Assembly: GCA_015069065.1 (NCBI GenBank)
Contig: SVJI01000001.1
Coordinates: 1-54,110, forward strand
Direction: 5' to 3'
Source: Oscillospiraceae bacterium
Lineage (GTDB): Bacteria; Bacillota; Clostridia; UMGS1883
Length of the DNA: 54,110 nucleotides
Below, in pieces: positions 33,843 through 43,073 of this stretch (positions are counted from its first letter, which is position 1; each line of letters opens with the position of its first letter). The notes below the pieces were generated by a model. That model was given only the letters and a program-made list of their open reading frames with translations. It was not told where the DNA came from and made no database searches. The position numbers and the translations under genes were made by a program.

Positions 33843-36455
33843 TTATTTTATCACCAACATATCAAGTACTGTACCGCCATATGAATATATAAGTACATTT
33901 GAACAGTCACTACCACCCAATGTATACGGGACCAAATCAGCATATGAACCAACCTGTACTCTTGCACCTGCCCCCATTGTGGAATCATAAACATATAAAT
34001 TCTTACCCACTCTTGTATATTCCAGTACATCCCGACTCATGTTATCATATGGTTGTGGCTGTGTCGTTGTAACCATAATATCATCATGCAAGTCATAAAG
34101 TTTTCCATACAAAAATCTTCTTGCATAGAAATTGCTGCTAGACGGATTTGAGCTTGAATTTATAGTTTTATCTTTAGCACTGAATACAAGCTCATATGCC
34201 TTTATTTCCTCATGCTTATCAATACTGATTCTGATTGCGTCGCCTTCTTTTAATGTTGAAATATCAAGACCTTTTTTCACGGGATAACTTACCTGAGCAC
34301 CACGATTAAACCCGCTAAGAAGATATGTTTCTTCACCATATTCATCAATCATTGTTTTAATCTTTGTAACAACAGTAAGATATGTTCCGTTGCTGTAATA
34401 TCCGGTATTAATATCATATCCAACCAAAACAATTACATCGCATTCATACGGATTTTGACTTCTGTAGGTAATAAAATCGGTATAATAAGCACCGCTTGAT
34501 AATTCGTTAACCGTCCATGCTGCGTATGAGTCCTCGTCCGAAAGGTCCGATGGTATAACAAATACCAACGCATCCGTATTTAGAAGTGTTTTACCGGTAA
34601 AATTACGTGTTGTGCCGCTGTAACGGTATTTGTTTTCGTTTCCTGTACAGTCAAAATCAACAGTTAACAAATCGTTATAATCACATATATCGGAAGCACA
34701 TGTATCCAGTATCCTGATTTCATTTTTTGAGTTTAGTCTGAACCTGACAACATTCGTATAAGCTGTGTTTTTAATCGCCTTATAAGCATCTGAATTAGAC
34801 TTCTTTCTGCCGTCTAAAATTACATTTTTAGCTGTGCTATATACAACAAATTTCCCGTCGTTTTCTTCGTCATATACAAAAATCTTAATCTCAAACTTTT
34901 TACGAAGATCATCAAATGCTATTGCCTTAATATATCCTGTCTCAAAGTTATACGGTTGTGGAACAAATGCTGCAATATTACCGTTTATGTCAATATAGAA
35001 GTATCCGTAATCACCTACTGACAGTTCGCTTTTCTCTATAGAGAAATCATGCGAAACATCAAATGAATACTCATCATCTAATGTAATAATATTATCATCA
35101 TCTATACTTGTTACAGCGCCTTCGACCACATTGTCGCTTCTGTATACTCTTATAAATTCATCAGCTTCATCAATCATCACACTAAGTATGTCTTTTTTAC
35201 TTATGTATGTTATATCAATCATTTCACCATCCGCTGAAAATATTTCATAAGTGTATTTATTAAGCTTTATAGGTGCAGCATCTTTTACATATATAGTTTC
35301 ATTTGATATATCAATAACTTCTGCAATATAGTTAACAAAGCTTCTGATAACAAAAACATCATATTTTCCGTCAGCGTTATTGTCTATACAGGTTATACTA
35401 CCGTTATTTATATCAAAAACAGATTCAGCAAAGCTATTTACTGCCTTCATATTATAAATTATTTCAGCGGCTTGATTAACTCTTATTTTTCTGCTTTTTC
35501 TGCCATCATAATATGACAGTGTTCCGTTTTTATAATCACTGTAATCTTTGGCGGTTATCACCAGTGATTTGTTTCTTTTATTAGTTACTATATATATAAG
35601 TTGATTCTGACCATCTGCTTCACGGTAAACTGCCGTTACATTGTATCCTAAGTACTTGTCTGTATTAACATCAGCTACGTTAATAAGAACATCATTTATC
35701 AGTGCATGTTTTTCAGCAACCGCAGAATCCGCATCGCTTAAGCCTGTATACTCATTCGCTTCAAAAACACCTTCTGCTACATATATGCTGTGATACATTG
35801 AAAGCAGCGTTCTGTTTTCGTACTGTTCTTTTATAATTTGTTTGCCTTCAATGGCAAATAAATCATAAACATTTGTGAGAAGCGCACTTTTCGTCATAGA
35901 TGCAAACACGCCCTGCGTGATGAATGCGTTAGGTGAAACCACCATTTTTGATAATATTCCTATTTCCTGTGCTGTAAAAACATCATTACGCTTTTTATAA
36001 TAAGATACTTCGTCAAAGCCCAGTAGTGAAATATAAATATCAGCAACTTCCTCATATGTACAGTACTCATTTAACTTTATATTAACACTTTGGTCAGCCT
36101 TTATTACACCGCTATCAATCAAAGATTTTACAGCTGCGGAGTATTTATCACCAACTGCAAGGTCTTTGAACAGATATTCTTTTTCCGTTACCGTATCAGC
36201 ATTTTCTTCAACTTCGGGTGCAGTATCTGTTACGTTTAAATTAAGAATTTTTGCTACTGTTTTATAAAACTCTCCTCTACTGACATATATATCGGGGTCA
36301 TACTTACCGAATTTGTCTTTTTCAATCATATCAAGAGCCATAAGAAAATCTATATCATTTCCTACGTCGACAGCAAAAGCTGTCACGTAGGAAAATAACA
36401 TTAACGAAGCAATAATGGCAATAAACAACACAAAAGATGCTATTCTTTTAGACAT
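33843..36455 (-). CDS. large secreted protein with degenerate SLH-like N-terminal repeats; paralogue of 1819..4551
   Basis: Signal peptide MSKRIASFVLFIAIIASLMLFSYVTAFA. SLH-like pieces (YVSRGEFYKTVAKILNL; FKDLAVGDKYSAAVKSLIDSGVIK). Same size and block order as the 910-aa protein. 1-nt overlap (TGATG) with the upstream gene. Confidence 0.55.
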   Translation of the reverse strand: MSKRIASFVLFIAIIASLMLFSYVTAFAVDVGNDIDFLMALDMIEKDKFGKYDPDIYVSRGEFYKTVAKILNLNVTDTAPEVEENADTVTEKEYLFKDLAVGDKYSAAVKSLIDSGVIKADQSVNIKLNEYCTYEEVADIYISLLGFDEVSYYKKRNDVFTAQEIGILSKMVVSPNAFITQGVFASMTKSALLTNVYDLFAIEGKQIIKEQYENRTLLSMYHSIYVAEGVFEANEYTGLSDADSAVAEKHALINDVLINVADVNTDKYLGYNVTAVYREADGQNQLIYIVTNKRNKSLVITAKDYSDYKNGTLSYYDGRKSRKIRVNQAAEIIYNMKAVNSFAESVFDINNGSITCIDNNADGKYDVFVIRSFVNYIAEVIDISNETIYVKDAAPIKLNKYTYEIFSADGEMIDITYISKKDILSVMIDEADEFIRVYRSDNVVEGAVTSIDDDNIITLDDEYSFDVSHDFSIEKSELSVGDYGYFYIDINGNIAAFVPQPYNFETGYIKAIAFDDLRKKFEIKIFVYDEENDGKFVVYSTAKNVILDGRKKSNSDAYKAIKNTAYTNVVRFRLNSKNEIRILDTCASDICDYNDLLTVDFDCTGNENKYRYSGTTRNFTGKTLLNTDALVFVIPSDLSDEDSYAAWTVNELSSGAYYTDFITYRSQNPYECDVIVLVGYDINTGYYSNGTYLTVVTKIKTMIDEYGEETYLLSGFNRGAQVSYPVKKGLDISTLKEGDAIRISIDKHEEIKAYELVFSAKDKTINSSSNPSSSNFYARRFLYGKLYDLHDDIMVTTTQPQPYDNMSRDVLEYTRVGKNLYVYDSTMGAGARVQVGSYADLVPYTLGGSDCSNVLIYSYGGTVLDMLVIK

Positions 36456-39400
36456 CAGTTTACCCCTCCTTTTTCAGTAAAGTACACTTCTGCTATACTG
36501 TTCCAAGAACTAACCGAATTACCTTTACAATAAAGTCTTACATATCTTCCGGTTGCTCCCTCCATATCAAATTCTTCAAATCCGTCAGTTGTACCACTGC
36601 TTTCACAGGATTTTACAGTCTTAAATCTTGAGCTTTTATTCTCATTGGAAATCTGAATATCAAAATATCCCTTTCGTGCGGTACCGCTCTGGAACGCAAT
36701 ATTAAGCTTATCAAATTTCTTTACAGAGCCAAAGTCAAATGTAATCCATTCGGTATATCCCTGTGACGACCATCTTGTTCCCATTTCACCATCATAAATA
36801 TACTCACCGTAGTTACCATCTGAACCTGAATATGTGATATTATATACATCCATATTACCAAAACCACGTATTGATTTTGTATGGATAACCAATTCCTGAG
36901 AGCTTGTACCGTCAACCGACGTTACCTTTACCTTACTGGTGCCAAACAAATCCTCGGATTTTTCAACATCTACAACTGCAAGGTTTTCATTAGGAACCGC
37001 ATAAATTTCAAGTTCTGAGCCGTAAATATACGCCTCGTACTCATTTTCCGTGCCTTCAATCAGGGTTGGTTTCACACCATTAACAGATAGAGAATAGAGA
37101 CCTGAGTCACTCAACAAAACATTTGTGAATATATTTATCACACTGTTTTCATTATCAATCTCTGTATATGCATTGAAATATTTTAACACCGACTGAAGCG
37201 AAAGCATCAAACTACCGTCTTTTACCATAGCTGCACGCTCCATATTATCGGGTTGACCATTAATGATGGCAGTATTACTTCCCGCAGTAAATTCAATAAC
37301 ATTTTTTTCATCTGACAACTGAACCTTTTGACCGTTATTCTCAGTCTTTACAGAAAGATTTAACAGCTCGGCAAACTTTTGGGCATCCATCATATCGAGG
37401 TCTTCGTATTTTGTATCATATACTTCTTTGATAACTTCATCTACTTTTACTACAGTAGCGTTGCTGTAATCATCAATTTTTACAGAATTATTTTCAATAT
37501 CTATGCTAATACGCTTTTTCCCGGTATTGAAAACTCTGCATTTTCCATCATTGCTTTCCTCTGAAATAAACGGCGTTTCCTGACCCTTAGGTGCCCATGA
37601 AAATGCCACAGGCTGTACCCACTCATTCGACTTATATGAAAGATACACACACATTTTATCCTTTGAAGCGACTTCTGTTCCGTGTCTTTCTGTCGTATCA
37701 TATGTTGCCTGACCGCCTGCCGTAGCATATGCACCATCGGCAACAAAAGGCTTTACATTGAGCACTGAATTATCGTTATTAAACGTATAACTGCCGTCAC
37801 GGTTTGTTACAACGTTCTGAACATAGGTAAAGTAACGAAGCTCCAACAAGTCATCCTTGTTAGCTGATTTAATATCATCAACAACGTAAAGCATATCATC
37901 ATTTTTCATATAAAGAATATGACGAACAAATTTTTCAAGTCCGGAATGTTCCAGGTAAGCTGCAGTACCATCACAAACAACATAAGTATAATCATCTGTT
38001 ACTTCGTAATGAATGATTTTGGGATCTGCAAGAGTTGCCTTTATTATGTCATTTGTTTTCGTCGCCTTTGCATCGTAACCATTATACTGACCTATTCCAT
38101 TAACTGTAAGTGTATTTTGTGTAGAGGTGTAGCTTACAACATAACCGTCATCTACAATCTGCCTGTCACCATATGCAAACAGTAAAAGGCTGTTAACATC
38201 AGGGTGAACGTGAGAGAGTCCGAGATTCCATGTTGTATCACGATTATCCTCTGTATATACCTTCATTGCATTATGTCCCATTGCAGGACCACATCTTACC
38301 GCAAACGCAGAACGATTATCATCCCATGCTGTTCTGCTGAAAACAAAGCCCATATCGTCATAGTAATTACTTGTAGAATAATTTTCAACATATGACTCTG
38401 CCTCAAGTGTTTCATCATAATAAAGAAGGTTTTTCCACATTTCGTATCTGTGACCCGCTGTACAATTTTCCATTATATAATGAACAAAATCCTGTACAAT
38501 TTTGTCATCAGTATAATCTGCAAAAAATGCCATACATGGCACATACTCCAATGAGCTTGTAGTTGCCGAATCAGAAAAATTAAATACACCAAGTATTGCA
38601 CCTGTCTTTGCGTCACCTAATCTTGGTAATCTTAAATCCATACCGAATCTTGAAGTCTTTTGTATATAAGGAACATCGGAAAAATCCATATTTAAAAAGT
38701 TCTTTGCTATGTTAAGATAATATACAAAGCTCTCCATCGCATATGACCAATATCCGGCACCTTCCTGATTTGCGCCGTCCACAGATATGTAACGGAATGT
38801 CCTTCCAAAGTATTCATTTGCAAATCTAAACCAATTCTCTGCATCCTTGTACTCGTCAAAAATGGCAGCGGCTACAACAGGTATGGAACCTGCACCCGTA
38901 TAATGCAGATTTGAAAGAGGCTTTCTTTTCCATGATTTTCCGCCCTTACTCATGATTGAGCCACGTTCTACGAGAATATTCAAAGCATTGTATCTGTCTG
39001 TAGCTGACAAATCATGATACAGCCAGTCGTAATAACAAGCAATACCAACAAGGGCATGGCTTGCCGCAAGACTGCTGTTTTCATAGTTGTCTCGTCCCCA
39101 TGCAGGATATTCGCACAGCTTATAGAAAAACTTTACAGCAGCATCCTTATATTTTTCATCGCCCGATATTCTATATACATAGCTGATTTTCATAAGGTCA
39201 TCAGCCACATCACGAATCCATGTTTCACCGCCATCACTTACTCTGTGATAATCGGGTGCGCCTTCTTTAATAACTGTATCTACATCTGCAACAAGAGCTT
39301 CATAAATATCCTTTAATTCACCCTGTGCCAATTTTTTGCTATGTTCAAATCCCTCGCTGTCAAGTAAAACTCTCGGATGAACACCACGGTATTTATCCAA

Positions 39401-40159
39401 AGCACTAAAATCCACATTACCTGAATCCGTATTTGGTTCGCTTATTTCACAAACTTTTATATCATCATAATAAACGTTGTTTCCCGGTAAAATTTTCGAA
39501 TTGAAACGAACTACAATTCTTGCAAGGCTTACCGGATTATTTAAAAGCATCTGTTTTGAGATTTTTTTGATGCCGTCAACATAAATATCTACCTTGTTTT
39601 TACTTGCATAACAGCAAAGCTTTATATTCGTCCATTTTTTGTTATTCAACTCTCCAAGACTGTGCGTTCCAGTAGGAGTAACAGAATAAATCATATTATC
39701 ATACATAGATATTACATTAAACTTTGCCGAGGTCGCACCCTCACCCAAATCTCCCCTTACCTCAAAATAAAGGGTTGAATTATTGTTATATGGTTTTATA
39801 CGATACGACACTTCAAAATCTATGCTTTCTTCCTCAGAGTATCCAATCGATTTATCAAGATACACCGTTTTTGTTGCTTCAGAGTCATTATAAAACTCTG
39901 CAATCTTATTATTTATACCCTCTTCTGCTATAGTCCTGATGTTTTCACCTATACCAACAGACCATTCAGTTGACGATTTTTGTACAGTATTGGAAGCACT
40001 TCCGTTAATTGGAGGTGTGCCTCCTATCGCATACCGTTCAAAATCATCCGAAAACAAAACTCTCTCTTTATCTGAAGCTGCATTAACTACAGGAAATACA
40101 GAAAGTAACATCGTAAGTATTATTATTAAAGCAACGGATGTTCTAAACATATTTTTCAT
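36455..40159 (-). CDS. secreted multidomain heparinase II/III-family lyase (jelly-roll, lyase, CuAO-N-like, F5/8 type C/CBM32-like)
   Basis: Signal peptide MKNMFRTSVALIIILTMLLSVFPVVNA. N-terminal jelly-roll (VLFSDDFERYAIGG...VYYDDIKVCE). Lyase motifs SLAASHALVGIACYYDWLYHDLS and GLSHVHPDVNSLLLFAYGDRQIVDDGY. CuAO-N-like segment (AIINGQPDNMERAAMVKDGSLMLSLQSVLKYF). C-terminal discoidin-like YDGEMGTRWSSQGYTEWITFDF...RYVRLYCKGNSVSSWNSIAEV. Confidence 0.8.
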   Translation of the reverse strand: MKNMFRTSVALIIILTMLLSVFPVVNAASDKERVLFSDDFERYAIGGTPPINGSASNTVQKSSTEWSVGIGENIRTIAEEGINNKIAEFYNDSEATKTVYLDKSIGYSEEESIDFEVSYRIKPYNNNSTLYFEVRGDLGEGATSAKFNVISMYDNMIYSVTPTGTHSLGELNNKKWTNIKLCCYASKNKVDIYVDGIKKISKQMLLNNPVSLARIVVRFNSKILPGNNVYYDDIKVCEISEPNTDSGNVDFSALDKYRGVHPRVLLDSEGFEHSKKLAQGELKDIYEALVADVDTVIKEGAPDYHRVSDGGETWIRDVADDLMKISYVYRISGDEKYKDAAVKFFYKLCEYPAWGRDNYENSSLAASHALVGIACYYDWLYHDLSATDRYNALNILVERGSIMSKGGKSWKRKPLSNLHYTGAGSIPVVAAAIFDEYKDAENWFRFANEYFGRTFRYISVDGANQEGAGYWSYAMESFVYYLNIAKNFLNMDFSDVPYIQKTSRFGMDLRLPRLGDAKTGAILGVFNFSDSATTSSLEYVPCMAFFADYTDDKIVQDFVHYIMENCTAGHRYEMWKNLLYYDETLEAESYVENYSTSNYYDDMGFVFSRTAWDDNRSAFAVRCGPAMGHNAMKVYTEDNRDTTWNLGLSHVHPDVNSLLLFAYGDRQIVDDGYVVSYTSTQNTLTVNGIGQYNGYDAKATKTNDIIKATLADPKIIHYEVTDDYTYVVCDGTAAYLEHSGLEKFVRHILYMKNDDMLYVVDDIKSANKDDLLELRYFTYVQNVVTNRDGSYTFNNDNSVLNVKPFVADGAYATAGGQATYDTTERHGTEVASKDKMCVYLSYKSNEWVQPVAFSWAPKGQETPFISEESNDGKCRVFNTGKKRISIDIENNSVKIDDYSNATVVKVDEVIKEVYDTKYEDLDMMDAQKFAELLNLSVKTENNGQKVQLSDEKNVIEFTAGSNTAIINGQPDNMERAAMVKDGSLMLSLQSVLKYFNAYTEIDNENSVINIFTNVLLSDSGLYSLSVNGVKPTLIEGTENEYEAYIYGSELEIYAVPNENLAVVDVEKSEDLFGTSKVKVTSVDGTSSQELVIHTKSIRGFGNMDVYNITYSGSDGNYGEYIYDGEMGTRWSSQGYTEWITFDFGSVKKFDKLNIAFQSGTARKGYFDIQISNENKSSRFKTVKSCESSGTTDGFEEFDMEGATGRYVRLYCKGNSVSSWNSIAEVYFTEKGGVN

Positions 40160-40162
40160 AGG

Positions 40163-42997
40163 CTATTTACCCTCCGATTCACAAAACTTAAGGAAATCAC
40201 TTATCATTTTAGCTGCTTCTGCCCTTGTGCAATTCGAAACAGGCGAAAAGCGGTTATCGCCTACACCATTTATAAGCGAATTACCATAAAGAATACTTAC
40301 CGCTTCTTTTGCATACTCATCAACTGCGTTCATATCATCAAAGTATAAAGCTTTATCTTCAATCTTTACATTCAATACATCTGTAATTCTGTACAGTATT
40401 GTTGCCAACATCTGCCTTGACAAAAGTACATTTTTACCGAAAGTTTTATTATCAATTCCGTTTATTATACCATTCGACATTACAGCTAAAATATATTCTC
40501 TGCTCCAATCATTCTGACCTACATCGGCAAAAGAAGCTGATGTTTCAGAATCAGTTTTCAGGTCGAAAGCAACGGCAACAATCTTTGCAGCTTCTTCACG
40601 GGTGATAAAATCATCTGGGCAAAATTCACCGGGAGCTTTTCCCGATATTGCCTTGACCGATACAAGATGCTCTACAGCATCCTTTGCCCATGAATGATTT
40701 TCCATATCTGAAAAAGCAGGTGTTTCGCTGACCTTTTCTACCAGCGGATAGCTTTTAGGAGTGTCATACACATTTTTTGTTGTACCGCCTCCGCCAGAGG
40801 AGCCTCCCCCGCCGTTTCCGCCTCCGCCACCCGGAGTATTCTCACCTTGCTTGTTTACAGCTGTTTCAAACGCAGACTTAAGTCCTGTATAGTTCTCGTA
40901 TAAATTACCCAGTACTGAGAGTACCGCACTCTTTTTCTTTTCTGAACTCAGTGCATTATAGCTATTAAGTTCAATCAATGTAATAGCTGTAGTATCTTCT
41001 ATTATCTTCTGCACTTGCTTGTAATTTTCTGCCAGATGCACACCACCAGTTATTACATAGAATTTAAATTTCTCTGCAAGCTTTTCTTCTGTCAAGGTTA
41101 TCTCTGCTGATAATTTTTCCTTAACATATTCAACCGCATTTTGGGATAATTCTTCTTTATACAGACTATATGTTGCAATGGGTGTTTTGTCGTTAATTGC
41201 CTTCACAATATCGTCGATATTTGTTGTATTTTTATATACTAAGGTATTTGCAGTATTAAATGCACTTTTCAGTTGTTCAGCAGTAGAAAAAGTACCGCCC
41301 TTTAATTCCAGAATCGATAAATAAAGGTTTTTTTCAAAGGTATCTGCAACATCAAGCTGAAAAGCATCCTCATATGTATTAAGCTTGTTCCACAATACCT
41401 CCGGTGTTGTTGCAGCGCTGATGTCCGCAAGAGCATCTTGTATGTATTGCGTACTATAAATATCCATATCAATCGAGTTTAGCTGACTGTCAGCTCCGCT
41501 TATCCACCAGAATTTATAATTATTGCTGGCATCGGGAATCACATATTCTATATCGCTTTCTCTATCGGTCAGAATATCATATGTAAAATAGATGATTTTT
41601 TCAGGATTAGACAAGTATATATCAGCAATAGAAGTTTCTTCATCAATCATAAATCCAACAAACAAATTTTCCTTTCCTTCCTCAGAAACATTTATCTGTG
41701 TATTTACAATCAAATTATCAGGATCAAACTCATATCTTGCGCTGCTATTACCATTTCTGTCCCCTGCATATGCATCCTTTACTGTTTTCCCCGTTGCTGT
41801 CACTGTTATAAGCGGACTGTACGGACGAAAGCTATTAACATTGTCAAACAAAATAACCTTCATTATGCTATTTTCAGTTATTCCTGACAATGTAACGGTA
41901 ACAGTAGCAGAATCATCTTCACCTATACTGCTTTCGGAAAGGATTGTATACGGAACAAATTTTGTCCACAACATTTTATTTCCTTCATAAAGAGTTATAT
42001 TTAACAGCACATCTTTGGGAGAAAGAGTTTCGTTATCAATATTAAGTGTAACACTAAATTCTCCATTGCTAAGAGTATCTGATGACACCTGCGGCACCAT
42101 AACATTAAATTGTCTCGCACGTGTTGTAAATGAGCTATTTATACTCTCTCCTATATAGCCTAATACATAGCTGCTATCAAGTTCAAGCTCATATCCGGTT
42201 CCGAAATTAAGCTTCTCTTCAAATGCAATCTCGTAAAGATTCAACGCCCCGTTTTTTTTAGTTACACTGCTTATCTGTGCACCCTCTACACTTATCTTAT
42301 CAGCAGTCAATTCACCTGCCAACGGTGCAAAAAATTGAACATTGATTTTGTTTACATCAGTATTTTCACTGTTTTCTATGCTAATAATGTTACTGTCGTA
42401 TTTATATATATTTATATAATCAAACAGTACTTCAGCAGTTAAGCTTTTAATATGGTATCCTAAAAAGCGGAACTGTATTTGCTGTCCGATTAAAGTATTT
42501 TCAGTAGCTATTTCATATTCTGCACTTAATGTACCATTTTTGTATAAACTAACACTTTTATTTTCAAAATCAAATATTGCTTTATAATCAATCCAGCCTT
42601 TTTCTGTTTCTTTATCAACCAAAGTAAGTAAAGCATTATCTTCATTATAAAGTTGCACAGAATAGTCCTGTGCTCCGGTATGCGAAATTCTGAATTCCAA
42701 CACGGTTTTTCCCGTCTCTGCGATAAATGACGGAGTTTTAAACGCCGGGTCTACGGTTGTCTTATCTGTTTCACTATCTTTTGATAAAACGTAATATCCC
42801 CTGTCCGTATCTCTTGTTTTTAAAGAACCACTGCCGGTGTGACCAACAAATAAATCAGTATTTCCGTCGGAAAGCTCAAAAGTGAAATCATCAAAAAATA
42901 TATTTTTATTACTTTGGGCATCAGCCGTTATAAAAATGCCCAACATAATACTTAGCGCTGCTAAGCTTACAAAAAAACATCTGTATAACCTTTTCAA
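40163..42997 (-). CDS. SLH-anchored surface protein (jelly-roll, Ig-like, helical region, Gly linker, 3 SLH)
   Basis: TTG start at 42997 lies 7 nt after GGAGGTG and gives the signal peptide (M)KRLYRCFFVSLAALSIMLGIFITADA. The ORF-track GTG at 43036 lies inside a hairpin. Linker PGGGGGNGGGGSSGGGG. SLH repeats FSDMENHSWAKDAVEHLVSVKAISG, FADVGQNDWSREYILAVMSNGIINGI and FDDMNAVDEYAKEAVSILYGNSLINGV. Confidence 0.8.
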   Translation of the reverse strand: MKRLYRCFFVSLAALSIMLGIFITADAQSNKNIFFDDFTFELSDGNTDLFVGHTGSGSLKTRDTDRGYYVLSKDSETDKTTVDPAFKTPSFIAETGKTVLEFRISHTGAQDYSVQLYNEDNALLTLVDKETEKGWIDYKAIFDFENKSVSLYKNGTLSAEYEIATENTLIGQQIQFRFLGYHIKSLTAEVLFDYINIYKYDSNIISIENSENTDVNKINVQFFAPLAGELTADKISVEGAQISSVTKKNGALNLYEIAFEEKLNFGTGYELELDSSYVLGYIGESINSSFTTRARQFNVMVPQVSSDTLSNGEFSVTLNIDNETLSPKDVLLNITLYEGNKMLWTKFVPYTILSESSIGEDDSATVTVTLSGITENSIMKVILFDNVNSFRPYSPLITVTATGKTVKDAYAGDRNGNSSARYEFDPDNLIVNTQINVSEEGKENLFVGFMIDEETSIADIYLSNPEKIIYFTYDILTDRESDIEYVIPDASNNYKFWWISGADSQLNSIDMDIYSTQYIQDALADISAATTPEVLWNKLNTYEDAFQLDVADTFEKNLYLSILELKGGTFSTAEQLKSAFNTANTLVYKNTTNIDDIVKAINDKTPIATYSLYKEELSQNAVEYVKEKLSAEITLTEEKLAEKFKFYVITGGVHLAENYKQVQKIIEDTTAITLIELNSYNALSSEKKKSAVLSVLGNLYENYTGLKSAFETAVNKQGENTPGGGGGNGGGGSSGGGGTTKNVYDTPKSYPLVEKVSETPAFSDMENHSWAKDAVEHLVSVKAISGKAPGEFCPDDFITREEAAKIVAVAFDLKTDSETSASFADVGQNDWSREYILAVMSNGIINGIDNKTFGKNVLLSRQMLATILYRITDVLNVKIEDKALYFDDMNAVDEYAKEAVSILYGNSLINGVGDNRFSPVSNCTRAEAAKMISDFLKFCESEGK

Positions 42998-43021
42998 GTG
43001 TAAGCACCTCCATTTTTTAGT

Positions 43022-43059
43022 CAAACAGGCATTCACAAACTACCCGGAATGCCTGTTTG
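43022..43059 (-). other. 13-bp perfect intercistronic stem-loop without U-tract
   Basis: CAAACAGGCATTC (43022-43034), 12-nt loop, GAATGCCTGTTTG (43047-43059), between the 708-aa and 957-aa genes. On the transcribed (minus) strand it is followed by ACTAAAAAATGGAGGTG, so it is not a classical terminator. Confidence 0.6.
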
Positions 43060-43073
43060 ACATAACCTGTTGC

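Noticed and set aside
43022-43059. Intrinsic terminator between the 708-aa and 957-aa genes
   Set aside because: The perfect hairpin has no U-tract on the transcribed strand, and the T-run is on the wrong side. It is kept as an intercistronic stem-loop.
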